From: Chrysomallon squamiferum
Taxonomy: Eukaryota; Animalia; Mollusca
DNA: 64,000 bases
Direction: 5' to 3'
Assembly: GCA_012295275.1 (NCBI GenBank)
Contig: CM022672.1
Coordinates: 12,400,001-12,464,000 of the forward strand
The position numbers and the translations under genes were made by a program. A model generated the notes under the pieces. It searched no databases, was not told where the DNA came from, and was given only the letters and a program-made list of their open reading frames with translations. Shown here piece by piece: positions 37,501 through 51,677 of this stretch. Position 1 is the stretch's first letter. Each line of letters starts with the position of its first letter.

Positions 37501-40500
37501 AACATCTTTTAGCATCACCTCAGAATAGTGCAGCTGAGTTTCCCCAAATCTAAGCTTCAGCAACTCCAAGTAACGCAACTCTCTTTCAATGTCATAATTG
37601 AAGTGTGTCAGAATGCGATCAGCCAGTAGAGTGCGGTACTCATTAACAAATAGCTCCTTGCTGCCGTAAATGTTCACCAGCATGCTAATGATGTCAGATG
37701 CTCTCCGACTCTTTGATGTGCTTGCTGAAATAAAATAATAATACAATTAGTTTGTTTATGTAAGTGTTTGTATTTAAAAAACAAAAACAAAATTACTAAA
37801 GAGGTCTGAATCACCAGTGATTCTAGCAAAATACCACGAGCAAATACTGCTAATTAATTTGTTCTCTAAACAACTTAATATATAAAGTTACATAGAAAGT
37901 GTTATCAAAATAATCAGTTCTACTTGGTTCAGTGCTTTTTTTGTATTGTGAATATTTTATTTTTTGTATTTTTCTTATAGTAATCTTGTATTTTTAAAAA
38001 TATATAACAGAAAAAAAAATAAAACAATTTGGCATGCATGTTAAGTTCAATGAAAATAAAAATTTTATCACATGAAATTTTTATAACAAATTAAAAACAC
38101 ACAAGGATCTGCATCTACTGGATCAGGCATCCAATTCTGCCAGTCATCATTTTCATCATCACTGGTTACTCCTTCATCTAACAAAAGTGGCTGTGCTTTC
38201 ACCAGTTCGTCCAGCAGCTCATTACTTCCCTCGTCTGTCAAACTGCTCACAATACATCGCACAGTGTCATCACGCGATCTAAAAGAAATGTGATTGCTAT
38301 GGGTTCAAGATGCTAATACTAATCTTCATCCTTAAGTATTTGGAGACTTCATAAAAAATTTAAATCTTTATTATAAATAATAAAGTTCATGATAAAAATA
38401 TGAAACCTCCTTATTCTTTAAATAATGCAGAACAGTTATTCAAAAAATATATGGTAAACTTTTAAAATGTATTTACTTTTATGTAAACATAGTTAACTAG
38501 CTAATCTTTGTTGAAAACCTGGGCATAAAAATAATGCCATAGAATATGAAAGAAAATTCTTGTATTACAATCAGTGTCCTAATTACAAATTACTGTAATA
38601 CCAAACCTGATCTATAATGTCAATAATACTTTAAATACATTAAGCAGGGAAGATCCAATTCAATTTCCTAAGAAAATAAAAATAATAAAATTCAGTCACC
38701 TCAAATATTTTCTAACAGGTTCACAGACAAGTTCAAGAATAACTCCTGCAGGATCAAGGGCTCGCAAAGATCTAATTGCAGAGATATATGCTGTCAGTAT
38801 ATCTGCAGTATTCACACCTTAAAATAAAAATAATCCTGCTAATTGTAAATTTATAAAAGTTAACATTGAAAAAATGATATATATTTCAAAATGTAGTACA
38901 GAACAATTTAAAAAATTAAACTATTAAGTACATACACACTAAACAAAAATGTATTTAAAAACAAAATATATATATTTTTCTGTAATTACTGTAATAGAGA
39001 AGGTGATTTTTTTTTTACTGGTGGGAATACCAATTAAAATAGTAATTATCTTTTCTTTAAATCTTTTATAATAATGGAAAAATAAATTCATGAAAATAAG
39101 TGTACCTGGATGCAGTAGTCTGTTTTCAAGTGCACTCTTCAGGGATGTTACGAGATGTGTGCGGAAATCAGTCTTCTCAAGACAAATATTTAGATCAACT
39201 ATAGCAGATTCAGACTCAGGGTATTCGATAATAATATTAAACAACTGCTCAATCAATCTATTGGCAAAGGTTTCATAAAGAAAGTGCAACAAACGATCTC
39301 TAAATGCTGAGATACTATCAGATCCAGATAATGATCGACTGCCATCATAGATAACATTTAACCATCCAAGAACCTTTGTGTCTAGCCACTGTAAGAATAA
39401 AATAAAAAAATTTACATTCTCTAACAGTTTATGAAACAAAAAAATATTTTTGCATGTTTAAATAACCCAAAGAATTAAGTGATTGAATAACTGAAAATGT
39501 TTATCTTATTCATTCCAAAAAGATATGCACATAATATGGCCTTTGTTTTGTAAATAAAAAATTGGATTTGATTGACCGATTTAAACAAAGGTTTTGGTAA
39601 ATGAAAACCTTTGCATTCATTTGATATTAACTATTATAATGTTCCTAACATTAAGTTAGAAAAAATTAAAAACTACTTTTAAAAAAAATGGAATTGTTGT
39701 CTGTATACATCATGTTTATAGGCCTACAAATCATATCTTCTGTTCCAAAGAATTTTAAGAGAAATGCTCTTTATTCATTTTTATTTCTTATTATTTTATT
39801 CTAATATTTCTTTTCAAAACAATTTTACAGTGTTATTAAAATCATAGAAAAAGTAAGTAGAATGTTGTCAGAAAGAATGATACAAAAAATAAAAATTAAT
39901 TAAATGAACAAAAAATGGTTATAAAATCTGAAAAGTAACTAGTTTTTGAGAATGTCAAATATTTATTATAATTTATGCAACTGGAATAAAGGTGTCTATA
40001 TTATTAAAACAACTAGACAAACAAAATAATTAAAGAAAATTGAATTACTCACAACAATGAGTGAGAGTAGACTACAATGTAAGAGATAATTACCAATGGA
40101 AAATGCTATTTCATATTTTTCATTATTAGAAATAAATTTAGCATTTATTTATGTTTTTCTTGTTAGATTAACAGTTACTATACAGGTACAAGGACACACC
40201 CCAACAGCAAAATCTCAACAACCTACTGTAAATGTGGGCAGAACTGGGTTTTTTTTTTGTGCATTTTTATAAGATTCATAAAGCATCTAAAATAAAGCTG
40301 CATGAAAAACATACGCTACATGTGAATTAACACTTGCAATAAAGTATGGATTGCTTTCATTTCTGCTCAACATTGGAATTCATCCTTACAATCCTGGTTA
40401 GATAACTACCACACTGGAATACATTCTCTCCATGTAATCTATATTGTTGAAGCAAATACTCAGTATCCATGCTCATAAGACTTTTTGATGTGTAACATTT

Positions 40501-43319
40501 TTCATAAACACAAGAATCTAATGAACTGACCAATATGTTTTTATGTTTGTAAAAAAAAAAAATTATTTGTAAAGGCATGTATCTGTAATATAAAGTTTAG
40601 TCATTCTTAAGTCTTAATCAATAAGTGGTAGAAATTTAGTTGACAGGGTTTATTTTGAAAAAGTTCTGTCTGTTCAGTTTTTGTCCTGGATCCACTGTAC
40701 ATGTTTGAGAAATAAAATACTCCTAACTTTCTTTTTTCAATAAATCGTATTATGTTATGGTGTCACACATTAATATATATAACCATGTAGCTCACCTTTA
40801 TAAATCCTTCTAAATATGAGCTTTCAAAGTTTGTTTTACAGCATTTTTCAACATGTTTTTTTATTTGATGATGTACAATTGATGTTACAGCTGTTCCTGA
40901 AATTCTTTCCAACACTCCAATCTCATCCCTAGATATCATAAGAAAAATAATACATAATAAACATATTTGAAAATTAAATAATAATTGTGTAATTAATGAA
41001 ATATTCACAATCTAAATTTCGTTAGCCTATGTTAGTTTTTAGGGAATGGTGAATATCTATTGTCAAACTTCAAATAGAACTTTTAAATATCTTAAATTTA
41101 CTTTAAGTTTTCATATATAACATAGACTTACTTTTATCATCCACAAGGCATTGGTTAAAATTAGATTAAGTCTCTAAACATGAAAATAAACTATTTATTA
41201 CATTATCAATATTTTTTATTCATAGCAATAAATTATACTTACAGTTTTTGATTGACATCATGAAATTTTTCCATGATGGCTGAACACCGACATTTAGATG
41301 AATCTTCTCCACAACCATTGCATTTTTTAATGTCCCCACCTAAAACAAAAAATAATAATAAAAATAATTAAATAATAGTAATAATAAACGAATAAAAATA
41401 AATAAATAAATAAATAATAATAATTATTATTATTATTATAAAAATTAAAAAATAAGAATAAAAATTAAAAATAATAACAATAAACAAACAATATTAAAAA
41501 CAATAAATATTTTCCTTAAACACAATAACAAAATAAATATAAATACTAGTTTTCAGTTTATTTGAAAACTAATGAAATTTATCTTATTGAAAGTGAAAAC
41601 TGTAATAAAAAATTACTGAAATTTCCTATTTACAGAGAAAACATTTATTATGCAATGGGTTTTTTAGGGCTTTTTTAAGGCTTTTTTAGAGGGGTTTATT
41701 GATGAAATACATCACCCACCAACTGTATTGTGTACATATTGCATTTTTTTTTTTTAAATGGAACTTTAAAAATTTGACTGAGTAAACAAACATTAAAATA
41801 ATTTTACATTCATTGCTCAATCCTAAAAGAAGACAAGAAATAAAATTTTTATTCTTACTTGTGTCTTCTGTACTGCAATGCTGAAACACCCTGAAAGCTT
41901 CACTATAAAACTGTTCAACACAGTCTAAGAAACAATGTGGCACTGTGAAAAATATTAAGCCTTTGTAATAAGAAATAACATTATTTAAAATTCTACGTGT
42001 GCTAACAGAAGCACCAGATGAATCTTCCTGTAATTTTAGAGCTTCAAGTCTCTCAATGCATGGTATGTTCTGCATTGTCACACTATGAAGATAATTAACA
42101 GCTTCATATAATCTGTCACTGGAATTCACTTTGAGTTTTTCATCAGATACTTTATTATCAAAGTAACTCCAGAACTGTGGTGCCACCCGGTGTCGCAAAT
42201 CCTGCTGTATAATTTCAAGAAACCATGCTTCAATAATATGTCCAAGGCCATTCTGCTGCAAAACCTGTACTGCTGAGTGGAATTCTGTCTCTGGCCACTG
42301 GTAACTTGCAGACTAAATAATAATAATAATTATTATAATAATAAAAAGTTAGCAAACCTACTTATATAATATTATAAATTATACAGTGCAAGGCTTTTCA
42401 ATTATTTTCCATATACCACTTATTTATTTAAAGCTTTTTGTACATTCTGATTTGTTTGTTATTAAATCTATTTAAGAACACCATATCAACATTATCCAAT
42501 TGTTTTGTTTCTATAGACCTGTATCTTTGAAAAAATTGTGTGCCATCACTGCAAGAGATTTTTGAATGCTTTCTCAGGCTTCTGCAATACTCATGATATT
42601 CATTATATTTATAGTATTGTAATATAAATCTAGATTAAATCATATTCATATTTTCTCAATTAATACTAATAGTGTTGGTAAAAACCTATCAAATATGCTA
42701 CTTTATTCGTTTCATGTTGGTAAAATACTGCATTTTTTAATTCATTTTTTTTTTAAGGATTCGATTTTCCATATTTTGAGACCAGTTTACACATTTTGTA
42801 ATAAACCGAACTCTACGATAATCTATGAAATGTCAACATTCGAAGAATGGGGGCAGGCATTTCAATTATCTTTAAAAGTTTAATAGTATACTCATAATAC
42901 TTATACTGGTAGTGCTAGTGGTAGTCACGTAGTGGTATGATTATATTATAGAATATTATTTTGCCAATAAACTGAAGAATGTACAATCACAATGTTAATG
43001 CTTACAAATTAACTATACAATTAAAATATGCATGACATGTATAGAAACATATTACATTTATTTAATTAATTAAATTTATTGCTCTAAACTTTAGACTAAA
43101 GTTGTTAACTAAGTACTAAGTTTAAGTACTTAGAGTATAAAAAAGAACTTATATTTTTTCTTTGATTAGATTTACTATTATAAATTAAATTTATACTGAA
43201 TGAACACATTATCAAACTGTTGTCATTGAGAAAAATTAACAAACCGATAATTTCGTTGGTGTCAGAAAATTTTCAATTACACACCAAGCCTTATTCAAAG
43301 TTTCACCACCTGCCGCCAT
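33286..43319 (-). CDS. ANAPC2: Anaphase-promoting complex subunit 2 (773 aa, 12 exons)
   Basis: Exons 43319-43245, 42312-41859, 41339-41243, 40928-40796, 39388-39106, 38817-38700, 38278-38103, 37724-37438, 36617-36455, 35850-35755, 35188-34959, 33495-33286 (2322 nt). Motifs RLLHPGVNT, WMPDPVDADP, cullin-homology LVNIYGSKELFVNEYRTLLADR and C-terminal FWTYIVGMLTNL...LERIHSMLRMF. Confidence 0.96.
34268..34943. repeat. Long inverted repeat (~240-bp arms) in the last intron of ANAPC2
   Basis: 34268-34505 is the reverse complement of 34711-34943 with scattered mismatches. Examples: ATTTGATCACATATCAG / CTGATATGTGATCAAAT and TTATTGTTGCATATACGCTTTTTTTGCAAATAATGTTAA with its rc. Confidence 0.93.
36738..37330 (-). 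mobile_element. Truncated, degenerate Tigger/pogo-type transposon remnant in an ANAPC2 intron
   Basis: ORF 37060-37266 (WNKLSKIVKEYHPETGPNIFNETEMAQFVKVLKSRLKQ) resembles the Tigger transposase C-terminus (pattern V.K.HP...N.FND..M..F...LK.R.KQ, recalled). A TA-CAGT... TIR-like end lies at 36736-36770; the second TIR was not found. Confidence 0.6.
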
Positions 43320-43626
43320 GATGAATTTATAAATCTGAGAATTTGAATTTATAAAATTGAAAAAAAAAAAGAGGCAAAGTAACTAAAACTTTTATTTAAG
43401 GAAATTAAATATCATTGTTGATATTATAACATTGAGTACTATAAATTACTAAAATAATTTACAGTAACTGTTTTATAATAATAATAACATCATACGAATA
43501 TAATTTTATCAGCCCATTCCGTATCATTTCTATTTGTTAAAATTTGTATTAATAATAGTTTGCAAATTAGAAAAACACCGCTTTAGAACGAAACCTAGAT
43601 TAATAATAATTGAACATCTTTGTAAC
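43320..43626. promoter_or_regulatory. Bidirectional promoter between ANAPC2 and PPIL3
   Basis: Divergent ATGs are 307 bp apart, and a YY1-like GCCGCCAT overlaps the ANAPC2 start. Confidence 0.75.
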
Positions 43627-46204
43627 ATGGTAGTAGTTTATTTATTTATTTATATACTTGCCCGGAAAGGAAAAGCTGATGAATTTATCTGATATTGCTA
43701 TTTAATATCAACCAATTATATGATGTTAATTGTTATTTATTAGTTTTTATTTATAAATATTATACTTTTATATATTATTAGTATAGTCTCAGTCACGTTA
43801 TTATCATTTATTATCATTATCTGATTATGGTGTTTTTTTTAAACAAAAGTTACAAAGTGAATGTTGCGATTCTTTATAAATAATAAATTAAATGGCAAAT
43901 AAATGTTTGAATAGTCACAGAATTAAAAATAATTTGTACTATCAGTTTGTATCATAATCATTCATTCATTCATTCATTCATTTACATTGCAATTTGCAGT
44001 CTGTATCCTTACATACTGATCTTGGTGATATGAAGGTGGAGTTGTATTGTGAACAGTGCCCCAAAACTTGTGAGGTTAGAGCATTCATATAATTATTTAT
44101 AGATATTGTGTAAAGAACATGATTATTATTTATTTACATACATAATTTTATATAATATTATATTATTATATATTGTCATAAATTATCTTTTTTAAATTTA
44201 ACTTTGATAGAAATGTTACCTGCAATAATAATGTGTCTAATTATCTGCATAATTGTCTGCATTATCCACATTTATTTTTAAATAATTCACCTTACATTAC
44301 TTTAAAAAAATTACAGAATTGATTTAATAATTAAAAGTCAGTAAAATTGTACATTGCAAATGAGAATACTGAAGAATTTCTAGAAATATTTTAAAAGCAC
44401 TAGAAATATAATTTTTAATGTTTTGTTCATGTCACATCATATGTTGTTACTTTTTTAGAAATATATTAATAGAAAATCAATTGTGTTAAAAAGGAAGATA
44501 ATTAAAATGTAAATATGTAATTTTTTCAGAATTTTTTAGCATTGTGTGCCAGTGATTATTACAATGGTTGTATTTTTCACAGAAATATCAAAGGCTTCAT
44601 GGTACAAACTGGAGATCCTACAGGTATTTTTATTAAAATAAATTGTTTATCATTGTTACAGACAGTATTTTGTAGCTATTTTTTTTAAAAATACATTCTT
44701 TCAAAATATAACTTATAAACAGTATTTACTAGTTGGATGTTCTGGAGGGTCTTTGTTAATAATGTATTTTCTCAGTTTTAAGTTAATTTGTTTACAATTC
44801 ATTTATTATTACCATAAATTTCAAACTGTTAAATATATCCTTTTAGAAACTAAATGATTTAAAATAATCACTTCTTTTTAATTGGTAATATTTTTAAAAA
44901 ACCTAAAACAATAACAATCAGTTTCTTGTACATTTTTATTGCATTTTCAAATTTGCAGAAAATTCTGTGAATCATTTTCCAAATATTAAATTTCAGTAAC
45001 TGAATTTAATGATTTAAAAAAAAAAAAAAAATTAACCTATTAATTAATTAATTATTTAATTTATTAATCAGACTGATTTGCTGTGTTTAAAAAGTGTCTT
45101 AAGTGAAGTAAAATGAGAGGGCCATTTCATTTGTAGACATATTTCATTAATAGTTATTATCAAAAACTTCATTTTCCAACTGAAATTACAGTTTCAAGCT
45201 CAGCTTGTGAATACACAGTAATTTTTATTCTATAATCTTAGGAACAGGTAAAGGTGGTAAGAGCATTTGGGGAACAAAATTTGAAGATGAATTTCGAGAT
45301 GGTTTAAAGGTAAGATAATGTATGCTAAGAAGAAATAATGTTGATATTTTTAATGAAAGAGTAGATTGGTACATTCAACATTGATTACAGAAATTAAAAA
45401 AAAAACTATTCCATGGAATATTTTTTAATAAAAACCTTTAACATAAATTTTCTGACTGAAAATATTTTTCTCTAATGATGCAGTTAATGTAAGTACATAC
45501 AAATTGAAATTTGTTGGTTTTGTAACATTAATTTCTATTATTTTTCATACAGAATTATAAACAAACTTTATAACTTTCTGTCTTTTTGTCTTACAGCACA
45601 GCACCCGTGGAATTTTGTCATCAGCAAACAATGGTCCAGACACAAATGGTTCCCAGTTTTTCTTTACTTACGCTAAACAACCTCATCTAGATATGAAGTA
45701 CACAGTTTTTGGAAGGTAAGCTAACCTAACAAAATATGTAAACCATTCTGAGAATTAGGAGCCAGGCTTCAAGAAAATAATCAGTGGTTGATGCTGTTGT
45801 CATTCAGTGGCTTATTATATTGACATGAGAATATTATTTTAAAAGCACCTTCTGTTAGAAAAAGATGCACAATGAACTCTTTTAAGCAAATCACAGAGCA
45901 TTGGCTTGAATAGAAAATATTCCAGAGGATGCTTTTAATTTTGACTCAGTGTCAAAATACTAATAATTAAAATATTTGTTAGTCAATAAGTACTGAACTC
46001 TAGTCATAACAACTTTTATTTTAATCATTAATTTCTTGTTATGATCCGTCTGTAATTCTTTTATTTATTTTTTTCAGAATTATTGATGGCTTTGATACAC
46101 TGGATGCTTTAGAAAAAATTCCTGTTGATGAGAAAACATACAGACCTGTCAGTGATATTAAAATTAGAAATGTTACAATACATGCTAACCCAATAGCTGG
46201 ATGA
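43627..46204 (+). CDS. PPIL3: Peptidyl-prolyl cis-trans isomerase-like 3 (161 aa, 6 coding exons)
   Basis: Exons 43627-43629 (ATG only, inferred), 44000-44074, 44530-44623, 45242-45309, 45597-45715, 46078-46204. Translation [34 protein letters not shown]...[19 protein letters not shown]...[13 protein letters not shown]...[10 protein letters not shown]. Confidence 0.95.
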
Positions 46205-47072
46205 CACAACATGTAGTCATATTTTAAAGAGATTTTTTGTTTCTTAAAAATGACAGAAATTACCAGTGAATAAATATCAGCTAATATTTGAAAAATTGAA
46301 CAATCACTAATTAATCTGGATCAGACTCAAGAACAGAGAGTTTTGGTAATCTATGTTGGTTGTTGATTCTTGTCAGCTGATTTCTAACTTTGTCATACAA
46401 GAAGCTTATAAAACAAACGATCAACAAGATTATATGTTTTGTTATGGTAATGCAGAATGAAGAAATCTAATGATTTACAAATAACTTCTTAGATAAAATT
46501 ATGCATGCATTCTGTTGATATACTGATAAATATCATGTTATAAAAATATGTTTGAAGACGTGTTGTCTGACTTGAATTTTGTTCCAAAAATGTTTATTGT
46601 TATTTCCATGGATACTGAATAATAAACAACTGATTATTTCTACATTTTTTTCTTTTGTATAAAATTTTGTAACTTTCTTCACCATACTCATTTTTTCTGT
46701 TTTTCTGTCTTTTTATAAAAAAAAAGTTATTGTTATTGAAAAGTAGTAATTAATCTTTTAATAAATAAGTAAATAAATAAAACGTTATATTCAACGGATG
46801 TTGATGATAATGGAATTATAAATTTAAATTTCTTTTAATTTGTTGTTTTTTTCACACTATTGTGCATACTATTCTGGGACTGAATAAGAGAAAAACATAT
46901 GTTTTATTATTCATGTTAGAAATGAGATTTTTTTTTTTTTTTAACTATGTTGTTTCATTTGTTTTCATATAGATGTATAGAAAGTTCAGCACAGAATACA
47001 CATTTGTTACTTCATTTGTTTTTAACGAAATAATTTTTTTTTTAAATTATCTTAATAATATACTAGAAAACA

Positions 47073-47118
<46 letters not shown>

Positions 47119-47372
47119 TATAAACCAATACACCACAGATGGTGACAGACAGTTGGAGTGTTTTGTCTGTAATTATATATATATATATATATGTTTACTA
47201 AAACAATATTCAACATAAACAACAATAAAAGAATAAATCGCTGTTCTGGAAATTAGTATGGACTAAATTTGATTTAGGTTTAATCGTTTTTGTTTAATAC
47301 AAATATTTTTTTTTAATTTAATTTAATTTTTTTTTTATTTTATTTTATTAATTTTATTAATTTTTTAAAATG

Positions 47373-47424
<52 letters not shown>

Positions 47425-47757
47425 TATTATTTTGTATTTGATATAATATTTCCATAATAAAGTTAATATTTAAATCGTTATTTTTTCTATTTTTCATTTC
47501 CATTATTTATAACTAAACAAATTTGTTGTGTTTTACGAAGAAAGTAGGGTCGTTAATATTCGATTAAAGTTTTATGAAGTTACTAATGTAGTTATCTATT
47601 TATAGCATTGGGAGTGATATTGCGAATCTCCGTATAAATAAGGAGAAAATTACCAGCTATGAAGGAAACGAAGTTGATTTTAGTAACCTTTGGCATCTAG
47701 CCTTTAGTCTTTAGACAAATGTCGTTATGCATTTTATATTATTGAAACTGTCCTAAG

Positions 47758-48214
47758 ATGAAGAGAATTGTTTTATTTCGTAATGGATCTACCATTGATG
47801 GAAAGGTAGTTGAACATGTTTGAATTTTTCACGTTTATATAGATGTGTATTATGCAACATTATATTAACGACCTACTTGTAATTTCGAACAAATTCATTT
47901 AACCGCTTACCAAACATTGTCACATTCTTATTTTCAAGTTAATTATGCCATTTATTCCCATAAAGTATATATTTCTCTATAATATAACGATTAACGTACC
48001 TACCATCTCTGGAGAAACTGTTATTATTTATAATTTAATATTGAAATCTCCACATAATGAGTCGAATGACACGCACAATCATTGAATTAGTAAGCTATTG
48101 CATGACAGCATTCGACTTAAGATAAACTGTGGACCTTTTTCTTTCAAAAGGTAAAATTTACACTAATATTTACTCTTTTTATATCATTAGTGTTTTGCTA
48201 CATTGTTTATTTTA

Positions 48215-48282
<68 letters not shown>

Positions 48283-51200
48283 ACACATATACACACACAC
48301 GTTACAGGAAACATGTGATATCAGGAAATACATATAATTCTAGAAAATTTCAGTAAATATATATAATCACTGAACTAAAATTAATGTGGCCAGAGTTGAT
48401 AATGGTCCTTGGGAAATCCAGGAATCTCTACATGACGTATACCAAGTTATGGTATGTTTCACATTGTTAATTAATATGGTACTTGCTTGCAGAATGTGTA
48501 AGCTCTGACATTAAGGTTAAGGAGATAACAATACAACTGAATGGACTACTGAACTCAGATTTGTTCAGTTTCAGAAGAACTCCAGTCTTTACAGGAATTG
48601 TGTTTCCCATTTACAGCTATGTTCAGTTCTGATGCTCGCACAGGCCTGTCATCATCTAACCTCCCATCTGAAATTCTCCATCAGTTGGAGTCTGAGGATT
48701 ATCTACTTGCAGACATTATGTTGAATGAATCAGACATTACATATGTTTTGTTAAATTTTCAGGAATTATAAATATGTTTTGTAACGTGTGTGTGTAAAAA
48801 TTATATATATTTTTTAAATATTAGTTGTATAAAATAAAAATGATGAGATTTGTTCTTATAATACAGTATTACAAATTACAATCCAGAATCATTTTAAATG
48901 TCTGTTCTGATAAAATTTCAGATAATTCTTGTAAAGGGACAGTTGGAAGATATTCTGTCTGCAGCTAGCAAAAAACTTGGCTTCAGAGCAAAGAAACTGT
49001 TTACTGCTCAAGGAGGACTCATAGATGATGTGGATTTAATAAGGTAAGATTTACTTTAAATTATCTGTGGATAATTATATTAAAAAAAATAAAATAAAAA
49101 TATATGAACTGTCATGTGGTAATTGTTACTTTTTGTTGTCTTTGTTTTCAATGTGAATACAATTACATACTTTAAATAATACCTATTTTGTAAATAATAA
49201 TAATAATAATAAAATATTTTGTAAAGTATAAAATGGCATCTAATTCACAACACAATCTTCTTACATCAATAAAAAATATTTTTTGTAAAAACTAAAAGTA
49301 AATTTATCAGATCACAGGGAATAAATTTAAAAAACTTCATCATTTGTTCTTTTTTAGAGATGATGATGTAATACATGTTTCTGGTGGAGAACACTTTATA
49401 AATACTTGTGAGTATATTGGATAAAACTATGTTTTAAATAATTCTTTCAATAGAGCTAGTCATAGCATATAGAGGAGCTCTGTCACCAGATGTACAATTA
49501 AATTATGATCAGTCTTCAGTAGTGAGCTCATTGGAATAATTCTGATCTTACCAGTATGCTAGAACTGGTATAACAAAGGGTATGTTATATAACATCACAT
49601 CTGAGTTGATCCATATTAAAGATCTGCTGATGCTAATCAACAGATTTCTTCTCTCACCTGTACATTCCTCAGTAAAACGTACAGTATCATATGTAATCAA
49701 ATAAAAAAACAAAATATGTTGAGTTCATCATTAAAATTTAAATAAATCATTTCTTCATTCCTTTTGATTCTTAGATGTTTAAAAAGAAAATATGATTTTG
49801 GAGAGTTTTTCATTTTCTGTGTTTGTATTTAAAATTATAGTTCATTTTATATTCTGGAAAACAAATATTTCACTCTTTTTATTTTATTAAACAAATGTAT
49901 TTATATATTTTAACGATTACTTATAATTGCAGTTCAATCTAATGGGTATCCAGAATATCCCAAACAGAAACAGGATCAGGCAGTGCAGGTGGCCAAAAAG
50001 ACATGTGGAAATTCAGAATGGGTCACGCTGAATGTTGGAGGAACTTTGTTCACTACAACCAGGTTTGTTATTATATACTGAAATAAATGTTTCATGCAAA
50101 TGAATTGCATCATAATTTTGCTAATTTTGGAATACAGCATGAACTAAACATTTTATTTTGTTTCATTTAATCATTACCAAAAATTATCTTTTCATAGTTC
50201 GGGAAAGACAGTTGTGTTAAGATAATGAAAATGTAAAATACCAATGGTCACATTTACTAAAACAGTTTTGAAATTTTGAATTACAGTTTAGAATTTCATT
50301 TTATTTCAGAGGCACGTTGACAAGTACAGATCCTGATAGTATGTTAGCAAGGATGTTCTCAAGTGATAATGGTATGCATAACATACAATTTTAATCAAAT
50401 ATCATTAATATCTCTCTATACTTTGTACCATTCATGAAGTGTATTTTAAGAGCATTGTCTAATATTGTTTACAATAAACTACTTTACTAAATTATGGTTT
50501 TTATTCTCTATTAATCATATTTTGTTATATCAGAACATATATTTGTGAATCACTGTATGACGTATATCAAGTTATGCTATGTTTCACATTGTTAATTAAA
50601 ATGGTTCCTGCTTGCAGAATGTGTATGGAGCAGTAGTGTTGATAACAATGGAGCATATTTAATAGATCGCAGTCCACGGTATTTTGAACCCATTCTGAAC
50701 TACCTTAGACATGGACGCCTCATTCTGGACAAAAATCTAAATCCAGAAGGTAAAATAATGTCAGATCATTGAATTAGCATAAAAATTATTAGTTTACATT
50801 GATATATTTATAATGTATGTTCCTTACTGTTTGAATAAGATTTTTATTTTTATATAAACATTTGCTTGCAAACAAACACATACTCTGTGTGTGCTAAATG
50901 CCATTAATCATTAGTCAGAAAGAACTGTTCTTTGACATATATAGTTCACTAAAATTCTTTTTATTGAATTAATTAAATCCAGAGCTCTGGCGTTTTGGGA
51001 TGTAAATTATAAAATAAACTAATTAAGTGAAACAAAAATAGATTAGGAAACAGAGTTAAAAATTAAATTACTTGTGATTTTGTATTTTTGGACTCTTTAA
51101 AAACAGTTATTTTGTTTTCAGGTGTGTTGGAAGAGGCTAAGTTCTTTGGGTTAACATCAATTATTGATGATTTAGAAGAAATGATCGAAGTGAGATTAAT

Positions 51201-51633
51201 TACAAATTCTGAATATTTTAGAGATGGAATTATAAGTTAATAGCATTTGAATATTACTTTTTAATGTTTTATTTTTGCATTAAATAAATAAGTACCATTT
51301 GTGAGATAAACCCACACTTTGTTATGTTTAAAAATTGAATATATAATTTTTAACAATTTATAATTCTCAGATATATTTTGCAAAATTTCTTTTTCTTTTC
51401 TTTATTCACATCATCTAATATAAATGTTTATAATTTCACGACACAGAACAACCAGCCTGCTGATGACAACACTGCAATAACAAGAAGAGAACTTGTGCTT
51501 CGACTTCTGAGTACACCCACAACATCTGAACTTAGATGTCAGGTTTGTTAACCAAATTTTATTTGAAATGTAGTCCAAAATTATTCAGATTCATTTTTGT
51601 ATAAACTGGTTATTCTAAAACTCTTCATTAATT

Positions 51634-51677
<44 letters not shown>

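Noticed and set aside
42519-42594. Apparent ANAPC2 first exon MSIAEA*ESIQKSL with an in-frame TGA at a Trp-like position (would suggest readthrough or A-to-I recoding)
   Set aside because: Its donor is out of phase with exon 2. A clean, in-phase first exon (MAAGGETLNKAWCVIENFLTPTKLS) exists at 43319-43245.
47131-47150. CTCF-like motif CACCACAGATGGTGAC between PPIL3 and KCTD9
   Set aside because: It is only a partial match to the consensus and cannot be supported without ChIP or a PWM scan.
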